57,078 nucleotides of DNA from a virus. Lineage: Duplodnaviria > Caudoviricetes. The notes below the pieces were generated by a model that was given only the letters and a program-made list of their open reading frames with translations, made no database searches and was not told where the DNA came from. Position numbers and translations under genes: made by a program. How positions within the stretch are numbered: the stretch's first letter is position 1; each line of letters begins with the position of its first letter. Below are positions 1 to 8,564 of the stretch, piece by piece. Where the stretch lies: IMG/VR virus record IMGVR_UViG_3300044641_001763, positions 1-57,078 of that record, one strand, 5' to 3'.

Positions 1-11
1 CGAGAACCTGT

Positions 12-137
12 TACTCTTGGGAGTGCCGCACAAGGGGTAACAGGTTCTCGGATTCAGGAGTTGATGAATCCGTACACCGATACTGTAGTCAACGAGATGG
101 AGCGGCTGCAACAGCAGGCCATGCAAAGGTCGTTGTT
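12..137 (+). repeat. 126-bp terminal direct repeat, copy 1 (circular assembly overlap)
   Basis: tactcttgggagtgcc...aaaggtcgttgtt is identical to 56953-57078. Confidence 0.95.
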
Positions 138-888
138 GCCTACGATGAAAGCCGGGTTCGTCGGTACTGGAGGACTTGGAGGCCAGCGGTACGCCGGAGC
201 GCTAGGTCAGGCGTTGACAGATGCTCAGAGAAATCTGACGGGGCAACAGGCGGCGGCTTTGCAAACCGGGTTTTCTGAAGCACAGAAGACAGCCTTGGGC
301 GAACTTCAGTTTTTGACGCAGGCAGGAAAAGAGCAGGCCGCAACGGCCAAGATGGAGCAGGATCTAGGTTTGACCGGCGCTGGTGCTTTGACAAAAGCTG
401 GAGCCGAACGTCAGGCCTATGAACAGAGCTTGCTGGACTACCCGTTGAAGACTGCAACGACTGCTTCGGGTTTGCTACGCGGGTATCAAACGCCGCTGTC
501 AAGTGAGAACATTCGTGTCGGGCCGGGGCAAGCGGGTCAATATCAGAAGTCGCCGCTTGAAAACATTCTTGGTGTTTTGGGAATAATTGGGGCGGCAACT
601 GGAGGGCCAGGAGCTGCCGGAGCAAGTCCGCTTGGATTAAGCGGTTTGGGTATCGGCAAAGTGCTTGATTGGGGCAAAGGACTGCTGGGCAATCTTGGTC
701 TTGATACTGGGTTTGTAAAACAGACTGCAAATAATGCATTACCTGGTCAGATAGGTTACGGTTGGAAATTTTTTGATAATGGCACCCAAATTGACCCACA
801 GGGGCGTTATTACTTCGACGGACAAATGGTGTATGACCCAGCAGCGTCAGTGCAGCCTGATATGTATAACACGTCTGAGGACGAATAA
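61..888 (+). CDS. C-terminal part of a DNA ejection/pilot protein whose start is at 56717 (about 370 aa in total)
   Basis: In frame with ATG 56717 across the overlap (57002 corresponds to 61); Gln/Ala/Gly-rich, MNPY motif, hydrophobic Gly-rich C-terminal segment; lies among ejection genes. Confidence 0.7.
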   Translation: MMNPYTDTVVNEMERLQQQAMQRSLLPTMKAGFVGTGGLGGQRYAGALGQALTDAQRNLTGQQAAALQTGFSEAQKTALGELQFLTQAGKEQAATAKMEQDLGLTGAGALTKAGAERQAYEQSLLDYPLKTATTASGLLRGYQTPLSSENIRVGPGQAGQYQKSPLENILGVLGIIGAATGGPGAAGASPLGLSGLGIGKVLDWGKGLLGNLGLDTGFVKQTANNALPGQIGYGWKFFDNGTQIDPQGRYYFDGQMVYDPAASVQPDMYNTSEDE

Positions 889-890
889 TT

Positions 891-2546
891 ATGGCTAAAG
901 AGGCGACTGCTCCAGTAAATTATCTGGCTCCGACAGATCCGGCGGCGGTTGAAGCTAACCGGGTTTATCAAGAGGCCTTGCAACGGCTAAACGAATCGTT
1001 GGATTTGCGGAAAAACCGCAGATTTGACCCGATGATGCTGGCTGCTGCGCAGGGATTTCTTGCGCCGACCCAAACCGGATCTTTTACCGAATCCCTTGGG
1101 CGTGTTGCCGGAGCGCTTGGTCAGACGCAGGAACAGCTCATCAAAGAGCAGCAGCAAGAAGCACAACAGCGGTTGAATGTTGCAAGCACTGGTCTAGAAC
1201 TCGAGCGCTTGAAGCAGAGAGAACGAGCGATTGGGTCGTTCCTTGGCGACGGTCAGCCTGCTGCCCCGCCCGCAGGGCTTCCGCCCGCCGCCCCCTCTAG
1301 CGCTCCTTCTGGTGCTCCCCCTGCCGCAGGAGGCCTCCCCGGCGTTCCGGCGAAGCCTACGGGGGGACTGGCTGCTGCGGCCCCTCCGGGGTTTGAGGGA
1401 GTCCAAGGCATTCAAACAATGCCGCCAAATCCTCAGTTTCTGTCCGGGCAAGACTATATCTCGTTGAACAGGTTTGAAAGAGGCAAAGCGTTCCCTGAGC
1501 TGTTAAAAGAAGCGCAGGAGCTAGATCAGAAGCGCTATGTGGCCAAAGAAGGTGGCGTGCAGGATATGCGCACCGGGATGTTCTATCCGTTCCCGAAAGG
1601 TGAACAGGTCGAGCGCCAGATTTATGGTCAGACGTACAAGGTTGATGGCCGAAGAGCTGCTCTGCTGGATATGTATGCCGGTAGCAATGACCCGAGGTAT
1701 CACTCCCTTGCCAAGCAGATTGTTGAAGGGCCACCTCGCTCTGCAGAAGGTAAACCGGAAGAAGGTAAACCGGAAGAGGGTGGCAGATTGTCTGAAGAGC
1801 AGCTTGCTGCGCGTCGAGCACAAGAGGAAGCGCGGGCAAAAAAACTTGGTGAAACAGCAGCAGAGCGCGAAGCCGCAATCAAAGAACAGACTGGCACTGC
1901 AAGACGGATTTATGGTCTTACGGGCCGCGTTGACAATGCGTTGAAAGAGAGCGGTTCGTTCTTTGGGATCTTCCAGCGTCCGGGTTTGATGAACGCTATT
2001 GGCAATCTTGTTTCTCAAGGATTGCAAACCCCAGGGGGTTCAATCAACCTGCCGGGTCTTCAGCAGTCAATTACTCAATTGCTTCCTGGAGTAAGACAAC
2101 AGGACTTGGACAACATCCAAAAAGCTGCGGCTGATCTTGCAGAGATGGAATTGTTGTTCACGAGGATTTATTTGCAAGGGCAAGGAGCTGTTACTGAGGG
2201 TGAGCGGCGGATTGTTGCGCGAATTCCTGGTGGCATTGCTAATTCACCAGATGTCGTTCGTTCACGAATGAGTCTGTTGCGAGAGCGGTCGCAGTACGAA
2301 ATCGACCTTGCCGACGCCTGGGGTTCCTGGCAGAAGAAACATCCTGGCGAGGACTTCTTGAAGTTTGAGCGCAGCGATCTATACAAAAACGTGCAGAACG
2401 ACTATGAAAAACGGATTGCTGCGCTAGAAAAACGGTTGCCTGCTATTGCGACAAGTCAGCGGACGCCTCCGGCTGGTAGCACGGCAAAACCGGAAGGCCT
2501 TGGTACGGCAAGAAACCGTTTAGATCAACTGCTGCAGGGGCAATGA
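891..2546 (+). CDS. Putative internal virion/DNA ejection protein
   Basis: 551-aa ORF, helical with Pro/Ala linker, between the pilot and transglycosylase genes. Confidence 0.6.
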   Translation: MAKEATAPVNYLAPTDPAAVEANRVYQEALQRLNESLDLRKNRRFDPMMLAAAQGFLAPTQTGSFTESLGRVAGALGQTQEQLIKEQQQEAQQRLNVASTGLELERLKQRERAIGSFLGDGQPAAPPAGLPPAAPSSAPSGAPPAAGGLPGVPAKPTGGLAAAAPPGFEGVQGIQTMPPNPQFLSGQDYISLNRFERGKAFPELLKEAQELDQKRYVAKEGGVQDMRTGMFYPFPKGEQVERQIYGQTYKVDGRRAALLDMYAGSNDPRYHSLAKQIVEGPPRSAEGKPEEGKPEEGGRLSEEQLAARRAQEEARAKKLGETAAEREAAIKEQTGTARRIYGLTGRVDNALKESGSFFGIFQRPGLMNAIGNLVSQGLQTPGGSINLPGLQQSITQLLPGVRQQDLDNIQKAAADLAEMELLFTRIYLQGQGAVTEGERRIVARIPGGIANSPDVVRSRMSLLRERSQYEIDLADAWGSWQKKHPGEDFLKFERSDLYKNVQNDYEKRIAALEKRLPAIATSQRTPPAGSTAKPEGLGTARNRLDQLLQGQ

Positions 2547-4060
2547 TGCTTACATTTTTGGATCAATTGGATGACGAGCAAGTTGCCAATGCCGAGATGG
2601 TTGCTCGAGCCGCTAGACGTGCAGGAGTAGATCCGAACTTGGCGGTGGCGATTGCCTTCAAGGAAAGTAGCCTGCGGGCCAATCCGCCTCGAGGCTCTTC
2701 CGGAGAGATTGGCATCATGCAGGTGATGCCGGGTACCGGGCGAGGGATCGGGTTCAACGAGAAGCAACTCGGCAACGTTGAGAACAACATCGAGGCGGGC
2801 ATCAAATACCTTAAACAAGCGCTGCAAGCCACGGGAAACGACCCGAAGCTGGCCGCGGTGTATTACAACGGCGGTCCTGGGGCGCTGCAAGCGTTGACGA
2901 GCGGGAAAGATCCGGACAAGCGGGTAATTGAGTACGTCCGGTCGATCAACTCGTTTGGAACGTTCGGAGCGCCTGTTAAAAAACCTGAACAAGCGACTGC
3001 AGAGCCTGTTGTTGCTGTTCCGCCTGCAGCTCCACCTGCGTCACAAGTTGAGGCAGCAGAGCCTCCAGAAACCGACGAAGAGCGAAACGCTCGGATCCAG
3101 CAGGCGATGGATGACCAACAGCGACGTATGGGTCAGATATACGGCGGCGGTATTGGCGCGGGAATCTCCGCAGGGCGTATGGTTGGGCAAGCAGGCAGCA
3201 ACGTCATTCAAGGGGCTGCACAGGCCGCTGGACGCGGTTTGCAGGCTGGAATGGGTCAACCCCCCGCAGGAGCGCCTCCTGCGCCTTCTGGCGGTCTTCC
3301 TCAGCCCCCTGCCGGGGTTCCTAGTGCCCCCGTCCCGACGCAACTTGGAGTGCCGGGGACATATGCTGCCGCTACGGGTCCGGGAAGTGCGACGTTCAAC
3401 TATGCTCGAGCAGTTGGGTTGCCAGAGATCGAGGCCGGGAAGGCGTTGGGTTACGGCAAAGGAACCGGAGAAACCTGGGATCTTATGCAGAAGCGTCAGC
3501 AGGGTTTGACGAACATTCAGCAGCGGTTTCCAAATGAGAGGTACGTTGAGAACCCGCGATTCGGTGGGATCATGACGCCAGATCAAGGGGCGGGTGGTGG
3601 CCCGAGGGCGCAGTTTGTGCAGCCAGAACAAACGGCGTTAAGGCCGACGCCTCGAGGAGGCGCAGCTCCGGGCGCTATGGTTCCGTTGCCTCCGACGCAA
3701 CCTATCCCTACGACCCCTCCGGCACCTACCGGATTGCAGGCGGTCACCGCCGAGCTTAGAGCGCTGGCAAGACCGGTGGTCGGAGCTTTGGGGACGGTAG
3801 CCCGGTACGCAGGACCGCCTGCTGGGTTAGCGCTCGCGGGGGGCGAGGCGGCTGACGTGTATAACGAGATGAAGAAAGAAGACCCCGATTACATCAAAGC
3901 GCTACTGTCTGGAATTACCGGCGCGTCCGGGGTGGCTGCGATGTTCCCGCCAGCGACGTTGCCTGCTGCGTTGATCGGTGGAACGGCGGGGATGGCCAAT
4001 TACTTGAGGGGACGGCAGAGTCAAGAAATTCCGCCCTCAATCGAATATACTGCTCCGTAG
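2543..4060 (+). CDS. Virion protein with N-terminal lytic transglycosylase (SLT) domain
   Basis: Motifs AIAFKESS, GIMQV, NIEAGIKYL, YYNGGPG; Pro-rich linker and hydrophobic C-terminus. Confidence 0.85.
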   Translation: MMLTFLDQLDDEQVANAEMVARAARRAGVDPNLAVAIAFKESSLRANPPRGSSGEIGIMQVMPGTGRGIGFNEKQLGNVENNIEAGIKYLKQALQATGNDPKLAAVYYNGGPGALQALTSGKDPDKRVIEYVRSINSFGTFGAPVKKPEQATAEPVVAVPPAAPPASQVEAAEPPETDEERNARIQQAMDDQQRRMGQIYGGGIGAGISAGRMVGQAGSNVIQGAAQAAGRGLQAGMGQPPAGAPPAPSGGLPQPPAGVPSAPVPTQLGVPGTYAAATGPGSATFNYARAVGLPEIEAGKALGYGKGTGETWDLMQKRQQGLTNIQQRFPNERYVENPRFGGIMTPDQGAGGGPRAQFVQPEQTALRPTPRGGAAPGAMVPLPPTQPIPTTPPAPTGLQAVTAELRALARPVVGALGTVARYAGPPAGLALAGGEAADVYNEMKKEDPDYIKALLSGITGASGVAAMFPPATLPAALIGGTAGMANYLRGRQSQEIPPSIEYTAP

Positions 4061-4069
4061 TCTCCTCTT

Positions 4070-4093
4070 AGCCCCACAACTGGGGCTTTTTTT
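4070..4093. terminator. Intrinsic terminator between convergent operons
   Basis: agcccca-caac-tggggct followed by a T run. Confidence 0.8.
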
Positions 4094-4307
4094 ATGGCTT
4101 GTGCTTCTCAAGTTGACGGGAAAGTTCCGGGCTGAATTCCGCAATGATGCTGACGCAGCGGCGGTGCTCTGCCTGAGCGGCTCGGATTCGGACAATTGCA
4201 GCGATGTTTTGCGCGAACTGAACGATGTCAACCTCATCTGCAATCAAAGCATTTTTGCGGGGCCGGTCGCTTTGAAAAAACACCTGCTTGATGGTTGACT
4301 CGTCCAT
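4092..4307 (-). CDS. Hypothetical protein (MDESTIKQVFF...)
   Basis: ATG overlaps the upstream stop (TAATG coupling); 71 aa. Confidence 0.65.
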   Translation of the reverse strand: MDESTIKQVFFQSDRPRKNALIADEVDIVQFAQNIAAIVRIRAAQAEHRRCVSIIAEFSPELSRQLEKHKP

Positions 4308-5065
4308 TATTGATGTCCGTTTTTGAGTTGCCAGAAGTTCAAAAGAGCGCAGAACATCTTCCAGCCGCGGGCAAGATCGTCTTGCGACCACTCAACCAGC
4401 TTGCTTAAACCCGGCACAGAACGAGAGACGAACACGTTCGCGCACCGGGCTTCGGGCATACCAAGTCCGACGCGATACGCGGCAAGCTGCATCAGGTGTT
4501 CGTCGTATGCATCTATTTTGTCCGCGTCGGTGAACTCTTTGGTCTTGATGTCCACGACTACGTTTTGCGGGGAGTGGAGATCGACCTTCCCGCCGAAACC
4601 GAGTTCATGGGCGAAGGGGCGTTCAGCAATCCACCCGTGGAATCCAAAGGCATCAGTAATCGTGCGAGTACAGCCTTCGACGTGTTCCCGATGCTTCTTA
4701 ACGGTTGCTCCTTCGTAGAAGCCTTGGATAGATGCGTGGATGTCTGTTCCGGCGTCTGCAGCCGCCCTCCCCTGCTCTTTTGAGTCTGCCAGGATACGAG
4801 CAATAAACACGTCTTCTGGCTCATCGTGCATCCGGGGGAGGGTGAGTGCTGCGAGAAGAACTTGACGTTGCATCCACTGGGTCAAACCGGGTTTGGCTGC
4901 GATGCCAAGAATAGTTGTGACGCTCGGGACAAGGTTGAGCTTGCGAGCGTCACGGAGGGTTGTAGGCCGCTGGCCTCCCTTGGCGGCTTCCACGGTGTAC
5001 ATGGGTTCGCCGCCACGGGTGTACCAATGGGTGGACTCTGCTGCGCGGGGGTCTTTAGAAATCAT
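4307..5065 (-). CDS. PD-(D/E)XK exonuclease (RecB/Cas4-like phage nuclease)
   Basis: PSVTTIL, GTDIH, GGKVDL, VVDIKT, QLAAY motifs. Confidence 0.85.
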   Translation of the reverse strand: MISKDPRAAESTHWYTRGGEPMYTVEAAKGGQRPTTLRDARKLNLVPSVTTILGIAAKPGLTQWMQRQVLLAALTLPRMHDEPEDVFIARILADSKEQGRAAADAGTDIHASIQGFYEGATVKKHREHVEGCTRTITDAFGFHGWIAERPFAHELGFGGKVDLHSPQNVVVDIKTKEFTDADKIDAYDEHLMQLAAYRVGLGMPEARCANVFVSRSVPGLSKLVEWSQDDLARGWKMFCALLNFWQLKNGHQ

Positions 5066-5706
5066 CAGAATGGGATGTCGTCGTCAACACTATCGTTGTT
5101 TGTCAGCGGCGTTTCATTGGCAAGTTCGTTTCGATTCTGCCATTCAGGCGCGGACTGAATTTTTTCCTTCAACGACCGGCTGAACGTCTCGAACAGGGCC
5201 ATGTCGGGTTCATCCAGGCTAAAGATTGCCAAAGTGTTGAACCCTTGAGGGAGACCGGTTTTTTTGATTGCAGCGGGGACGGGGTTCACCGACATGATGT
5301 TCGTGTATTCCTTACCGTTGTTGCCGATGGCCTTAGCTATAGACAGCATGGCCCAGTGTCCGAGGATGTTCTTCAGCAGGAAGCCTTTAAGCTCTTCTTT
5401 AGTGAAGTCACGACCGCGCCACCCGGCGAGGTCTTTGCGGAGTGAGGCTTTTTCACCCAGCATGTTGGTGTAGTTCTTTGAGATGGACAGGGGTTCGCCC
5501 TTAGACGTGATCAAGGTCTTTCCGTTGTCGTCTTCGCCGTGGACCTCGAACTGGATCATCAGCTTGTGCAGGTACTTGATCTCACCCTGGTACTCGCTTT
5601 TCTGGGTACCTAGATCAACGATGCGGTAGCACCGCGCAAGGTGCATTCCGGGGGGTACGGGTGTGAAGCTGCTTTCGTTTCCGCTATCGCGTGCAATCAG
5701 AGGCAT
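5065..5706 (-). CDS. Putative ssDNA-binding/replication protein (NGO0469-like family)
   Basis: G-x-H-x-ARCY-x-IVDLGTQ N-terminus; acidic DDDIPF C-terminus typical of SSBs. Confidence 0.75.
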   Translation of the reverse strand: MPLIARDSGNESSFTPVPPGMHLARCYRIVDLGTQKSEYQGEIKYLHKLMIQFEVHGEDDNGKTLITSKGEPLSISKNYTNMLGEKASLRKDLAGWRGRDFTKEELKGFLLKNILGHWAMLSIAKAIGNNGKEYTNIMSVNPVPAAIKKTGLPQGFNTLAIFSLDEPDMALFETFSRSLKEKIQSAPEWQNRNELANETPLTNNDSVDDDIPF

Positions 5707-5873
5707 GGTTCGATTCCTATGGTTTCAAGAATGACTTTGGGGCGCTGTACGACGCCGCATTCGTATCGGATGATGGTCCAGTCGTCTTCAGTCGCCACGC
5801 CCGCCTGAGCGCGTTCTATGGCTTCCTCGACGCGCTGCTGTCGCTCGATCATAAGTTGATGAAATTCTTCCAT
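5697..5873 (-). CDS. Small hypothetical protein (MEEFHQLMIERQQRVEEA...), 58 aa, absent from ORF track
   Basis: Manual translation; AGGAG RBS upstream; overlaps start of SSB gene. Confidence 0.7.
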   Translation of the reverse strand: MEEFHQLMIERQQRVEEAIERAQAGVATEDDWTIIRYECGVVQRPKVILETIGIEPCL

Positions 5874-5938
5874 TCGCTTCTCCTTCTCTGTGGTGTAACA
5901 ACTTCAAATAATATAACATACGATTACAGGAGGCAACT
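5874..5938. promoter_or_regulatory. Divergent promoter region
   Basis: AT-rich spacer between divergent genes, flanked by TGTAA...TTACA inverted motif; TGtTATATT extended -10-like on minus strand. Confidence 0.55.
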
Positions 5939-6139
5939 ATGACTTTGAGAGATTTTTTTAACGGTCAGCCGCGGGGTGCTGCGTCGAAGCTAGCGGTGCG
6001 GGTAGGCGTGACCCCTACTTGGATGGCGCTGATCACAAACGGGCTGCGGAAGCCGAGCCTGCGTCTGGCTGTTGAGATTGAGAAGGCGACTGACGGTGCG
6101 GTGACGCGTCAGGAGCTGCGTCCGGACGTGTTCGCATGA
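5939..6139 (+). CDS. Cro/YdaS-like HTH regulator
   Basis: 66 aa; LA-x-x-VGVT, IEKATDGAVTRQELRPDVF signature. Confidence 0.85.
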   Translation: MTLRDFFNGQPRGAASKLAVRVGVTPTWMALITNGLRKPSLRLAVEIEKATDGAVTRQELRPDVFA

Positions 6140-6456
6140 ACTGGTACAAGTTCCCGCTCGAGCAGTACAGGGAGATTTCTAAGTACTTGCCTGACGCTGA
6201 AGACTTAGCGTTCCGGCGGATGATCGATCTGTACTACATGGGCAAGGGGCCGTTGCCGCTCGACAGAGATTGGTTGATGGCGGAGATCCGGCTTGACTGG
6301 GACTGTATCGAGCCGGTTTTGTATGGGTACTTCACCCAGACGCCGGAGGGGTGGATGAACGACTACCTACAGGCGGATGTTGTTGCTCGACTGAAGCGAA
6401 GCGAGACGAATTCTAAGAGTGGCAAACAGGGCGGTCGCCCGAAGAAAGGAGCATGA
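6136..6456 (+). CDS. DUF1376/YdaU-like protein (N-terminal domain of phage replication initiators)
   Basis: WYKF, EDLAFRRMIDLYY, GKQGGRPKK motifs. Confidence 0.8.
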   Translation: MNWYKFPLEQYREISKYLPDAEDLAFRRMIDLYYMGKGPLPLDRDWLMAEIRLDWDCIEPVLYGYFTQTPEGWMNDYLQADVVARLKRSETNSKSGKQGGRPKKGA

Positions 6457-6457
6457 G

Positions 6458-6781
6458 ATGAAGTGGCTTGCAGCTATCACGATAGCAGTTTCTTTCAACG
6501 TCCAAGCCGAGTTTTACTCGGGCAATGACTTGCTAAACAAGTTGAACTCAGAGAGCACGTTAGACCGTGCCTTGGCTTTGGGATACATCGCCGGAGTGTC
6601 TGACTACGGTACCAACGTGGTCAATTGCCTTCCGAAGTCCGTGACTCTCGGGCAGTTGAAAGACCTTGTACAGGCGCACTTGGTAAGCAACCCGTCCTCG
6701 AGGCACTTCTCTGCAGACAGCATCATCACAAACCTGCTGCAACGGACGTGGCCTTGTGCGCCACGCGGTAGAACGTCTTGA
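6458..6781 (+). CDS. Rap1a/Tai-family immunity-like secreted protein
   Basis: Signal peptide, SGNDL, GYIAGV-x-D, C-x-P-x-x-VT-x-x-Q, WPC motifs. Confidence 0.75.
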   Translation: MKWLAAITIAVSFNVQAEFYSGNDLLNKLNSESTLDRALALGYIAGVSDYGTNVVNCLPKSVTLGQLKDLVQAHLVSNPSSRHFSADSIITNLLQRTWPCAPRGRTS

Positions 6782-6806
6782 CAGGCTTTTAGCGAGCTTG
6801 TATCGT
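6778..6806 (+). promoter_or_regulatory. Sigma70-type promoter
   Basis: TTGACA (6778-6783), 17-bp spacer, TATCGT (6801-6806) directly upstream of the structured RNA. Confidence 0.75.
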
Positions 6807-6835
6807 TCTCTTCGTTGGTGTGAGAGCCGACTGAG

Positions 6836-6924
6836 AGCCGTCTAGCAAGATCCCGACCCCGTAAGGGGTAGCCCAAGCCGCAAACTTGGGTCTCTCACCG
6901 GGGTCTTCCTAGACGGTTTTTTTT
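6836..6924 (+). ncRNA. C4-like antisense RNA (cloverleaf closed by long stem plus U tract)
   Basis: Stems 6836-6855/6899-6918, acccc-GTAA-ggggt, gcccaag/cttgggt; unpaired ctctcac complementary to upstream hairpin loop gtgagag. Confidence 0.65.
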
Positions 6925-6941
6925 CGTCCTTACGCCAGCCG

Positions 6942-7231
6942 TTCCGCTCACGCAGCAGTGCTCCTGCATGGGAGCCAGCGGAAAACACCGGCTAGTCATC
7001 ACCCTGACTGCACGCCGTCTAGCCTGTCTGCGAGGGACTAGGGAAGACGCCTGGGACAGCGGTGGTAGACCACCCAGGAATCGAAACAATCGCAGCCTCC
7101 GGGAACTCTGGCTACAGCATAGGACGCTGCAAGCGGGAGAGGTAGAGCTAAAGTGTTTGGCTCCACCCTGGGGGAACTATGCCCGAAGCATCTTCAGACT
7201 ATCTGTGAAGAAATTCTGATAGAAAAATTTC
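6942..7231 (+). ncRNA. Candidate long structured non-coding RNA or replication origin
   Basis: Continuous nested hairpins with no convincing ORF. Confidence 0.35.
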
Positions 7232-7284
7232 ACAACCAAAGCCTGTACGTTTAAGATAAAGTTACAGCGTCAACAGGAGAACAC

Positions 7285-7563
7285 ATGAAACCTACAGATG
7301 TTTCAGACGAGTGCTGGTCAGACTTTCTGCGGCACCGCAAGGAGAAACGAGCCATTGTCACGCCGCGGGTGATTCGCATGATCCGAGACGAGGCTGCGCA
7401 GGCCGGGTGGTCACTTGAGCAGGCGCTCGATCACATGATGTTAATGGGCTGGCGCGGCTTCAAAGCCGATTGGGTTGAGCGCAAGGCGCAGAAGCAGGAT
7501 CTGTGGAACCACTTGGTCAACAATGTTGTGGAAATGCCATGCAAAGCTATTGTGAACGATTGA
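7285..7563 (+). CDS. Stand-alone C-terminal domain of phage replication initiator
   Basis: W-x-DF-x-x-HRK-x-K...GWSLEQAL...GWRGFKADW pattern; AGGAG RBS. Confidence 0.7.
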   Translation: MKPTDVSDECWSDFLRHRKEKRAIVTPRVIRMIRDEAAQAGWSLEQALDHMMLMGWRGFKADWVERKAQKQDLWNHLVNNVVEMPCKAIVND

Positions 7564-8087
7564 TCGACCGGTTCGGAGTTTTGTGGGGTCGGCAGAAGGT
7601 CGTCGCGCAGTTCGGAACAACAAAGGCCGAGATCGACGACACGAAAGCCGCCTGGGAGAACCAGTTGCGTTCGGTGTCGCCGGATACGATCCAGCGGGTG
7701 TTGCGGCATTTGCAGAGTGATCCTCCGGCATGGCCGCCGTCGTTGGCCGAGTGGATCTCCCTCTGCAAGCAGTTCAACGCGGTTGAGCATCGAATTGCAT
7801 TGCCGCCGCCCCCGAAGCAAGTCACTGACGAAGGCAAGCAGTTGATCGCCGAGGCCATGACTAACATGATGCAGACGGGCGACCCGTTGGGATGGGCGAA
7901 GTATCCCGGATCGGAGCTTGCGGTTCAGTTCATCGCTCGAGGCGCTCGTGAGGATCGTAGACTGCGAGACATCCTAGATCATCACTTGAGCACCGATGGA
8001 CGAGACTGCAGACGAGAAGACGCTCGCAAGGCGATCCGAAGCTTTCAGGCATCAATGCGAAGTCAACTGGCTGTTGCGCAAGATTGA
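7539..8087 (+). CDS. Replication protein P-like helicase loader
   Basis: AWENQL...WPPSLAEWISLC...ALPPP pattern; follows initiator domain. Confidence 0.6.
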   Translation: MQSYCERLIDRFGVLWGRQKVVAQFGTTKAEIDDTKAAWENQLRSVSPDTIQRVLRHLQSDPPAWPPSLAEWISLCKQFNAVEHRIALPPPPKQVTDEGKQLIAEAMTNMMQTGDPLGWAKYPGSELAVQFIARGAREDRRLRDILDHHLSTDGRDCRREDARKAIRSFQASMRSQLAVAQD

Positions 8088-8229
8088 TGCAGCAAAGGAC
8101 AAGAAAGCAGCCATGCACGACTACATCGATCTTGTGAGGAAAGCCCGCGGTGATGCTGCCGCGGACAAACTCATCGCAGACAGTCGCGACCAGTGGGGCA
8201 AGGGCAACCGGGGAAACGAATGGAAGTGA
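7996..8229 (+). CDS. Conserved small phage protein (RHQCEV motif)
   Basis: EAFRHQCEVNWLL...QWGKGNRG; coupled to RusA start. Confidence 0.55.
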   Translation: MDETADEKTLARRSEAFRHQCEVNWLLRKIDAAKDKKAAMHDYIDLVRKARGDAAADKLIADSRDQWGKGNRGNEWK

Positions 8230-8564
8230 CCCTGCCCTGGCCACCGTCGGTCAACACTTACTGGCGGATGTTTCAGAATCGGATGATCATCAGTCAGGCG
8301 GGGCGGCAATACCGTACAGCGGTGACTGAGCAGATCTTGATCCAGCGGGGGGCGAAGCACTACACCGCGCCGCTAAAGGTTGAGATCGAGGCTTGGAGGC
8401 CGGACAAGCGCAAGCGTGACCTTGACAACCTACTGAAGGCTGTGCTGGATTCGCTCGCGCACGCCGGGGTGTTTGAGGACGACAGTCAGATCGTGGACTT
8501 GCGCATCTACTGGGGTCCGCTGATTGGGGGAATGTTGAAAGTGAAGATTGAGGAAATCAAATGA
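8220..8564 (+). CDS. rusA: RusA-family Holliday junction resolvase
   Basis: LPWPPSVN, RDLDNLLKAVLDSL, DDSQI. Confidence 0.93.
   Translation: MEVTLPWPPSVNTYWRMFQNRMIISQAGRQYRTAVTEQILIQRGAKHYTAPLKVEIEAWRPDKRKRDLDNLLKAVLDSLAHAGVFEDDSQIVDLRIYWGPLIGGMLKVKIEEIK

Noticed and set aside
12-137. Physical direct terminal repeat of the virion DNA
   Set aside because: The repeat falls mid-gene, far from the terminase, and its 126-bp length matches a typical assembler k-mer overlap
1746-1775. 15-bp tandem duplication (EGKPE x2)
   Set aside because: Simple in-frame slippage in a linker; no wider pattern
4307-5065. Cas4 of a CRISPR system
   Set aside because: No Fe-S cysteine cluster, no other cas genes and no repeat-spacer array; ordinary phage exonuclease context
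6836-6924. tRNA gene
   Set aside because: Cloverleaf-like but lacks a T-loop GTTC, anticodon arm geometry and CCA; fits a C4-like RNA better
6968-7219. 83-aa ORF in the structured intergenic region
   Set aside because: No RBS, atypical composition; base-pairing explains the sequence better, though coding cannot be excluded
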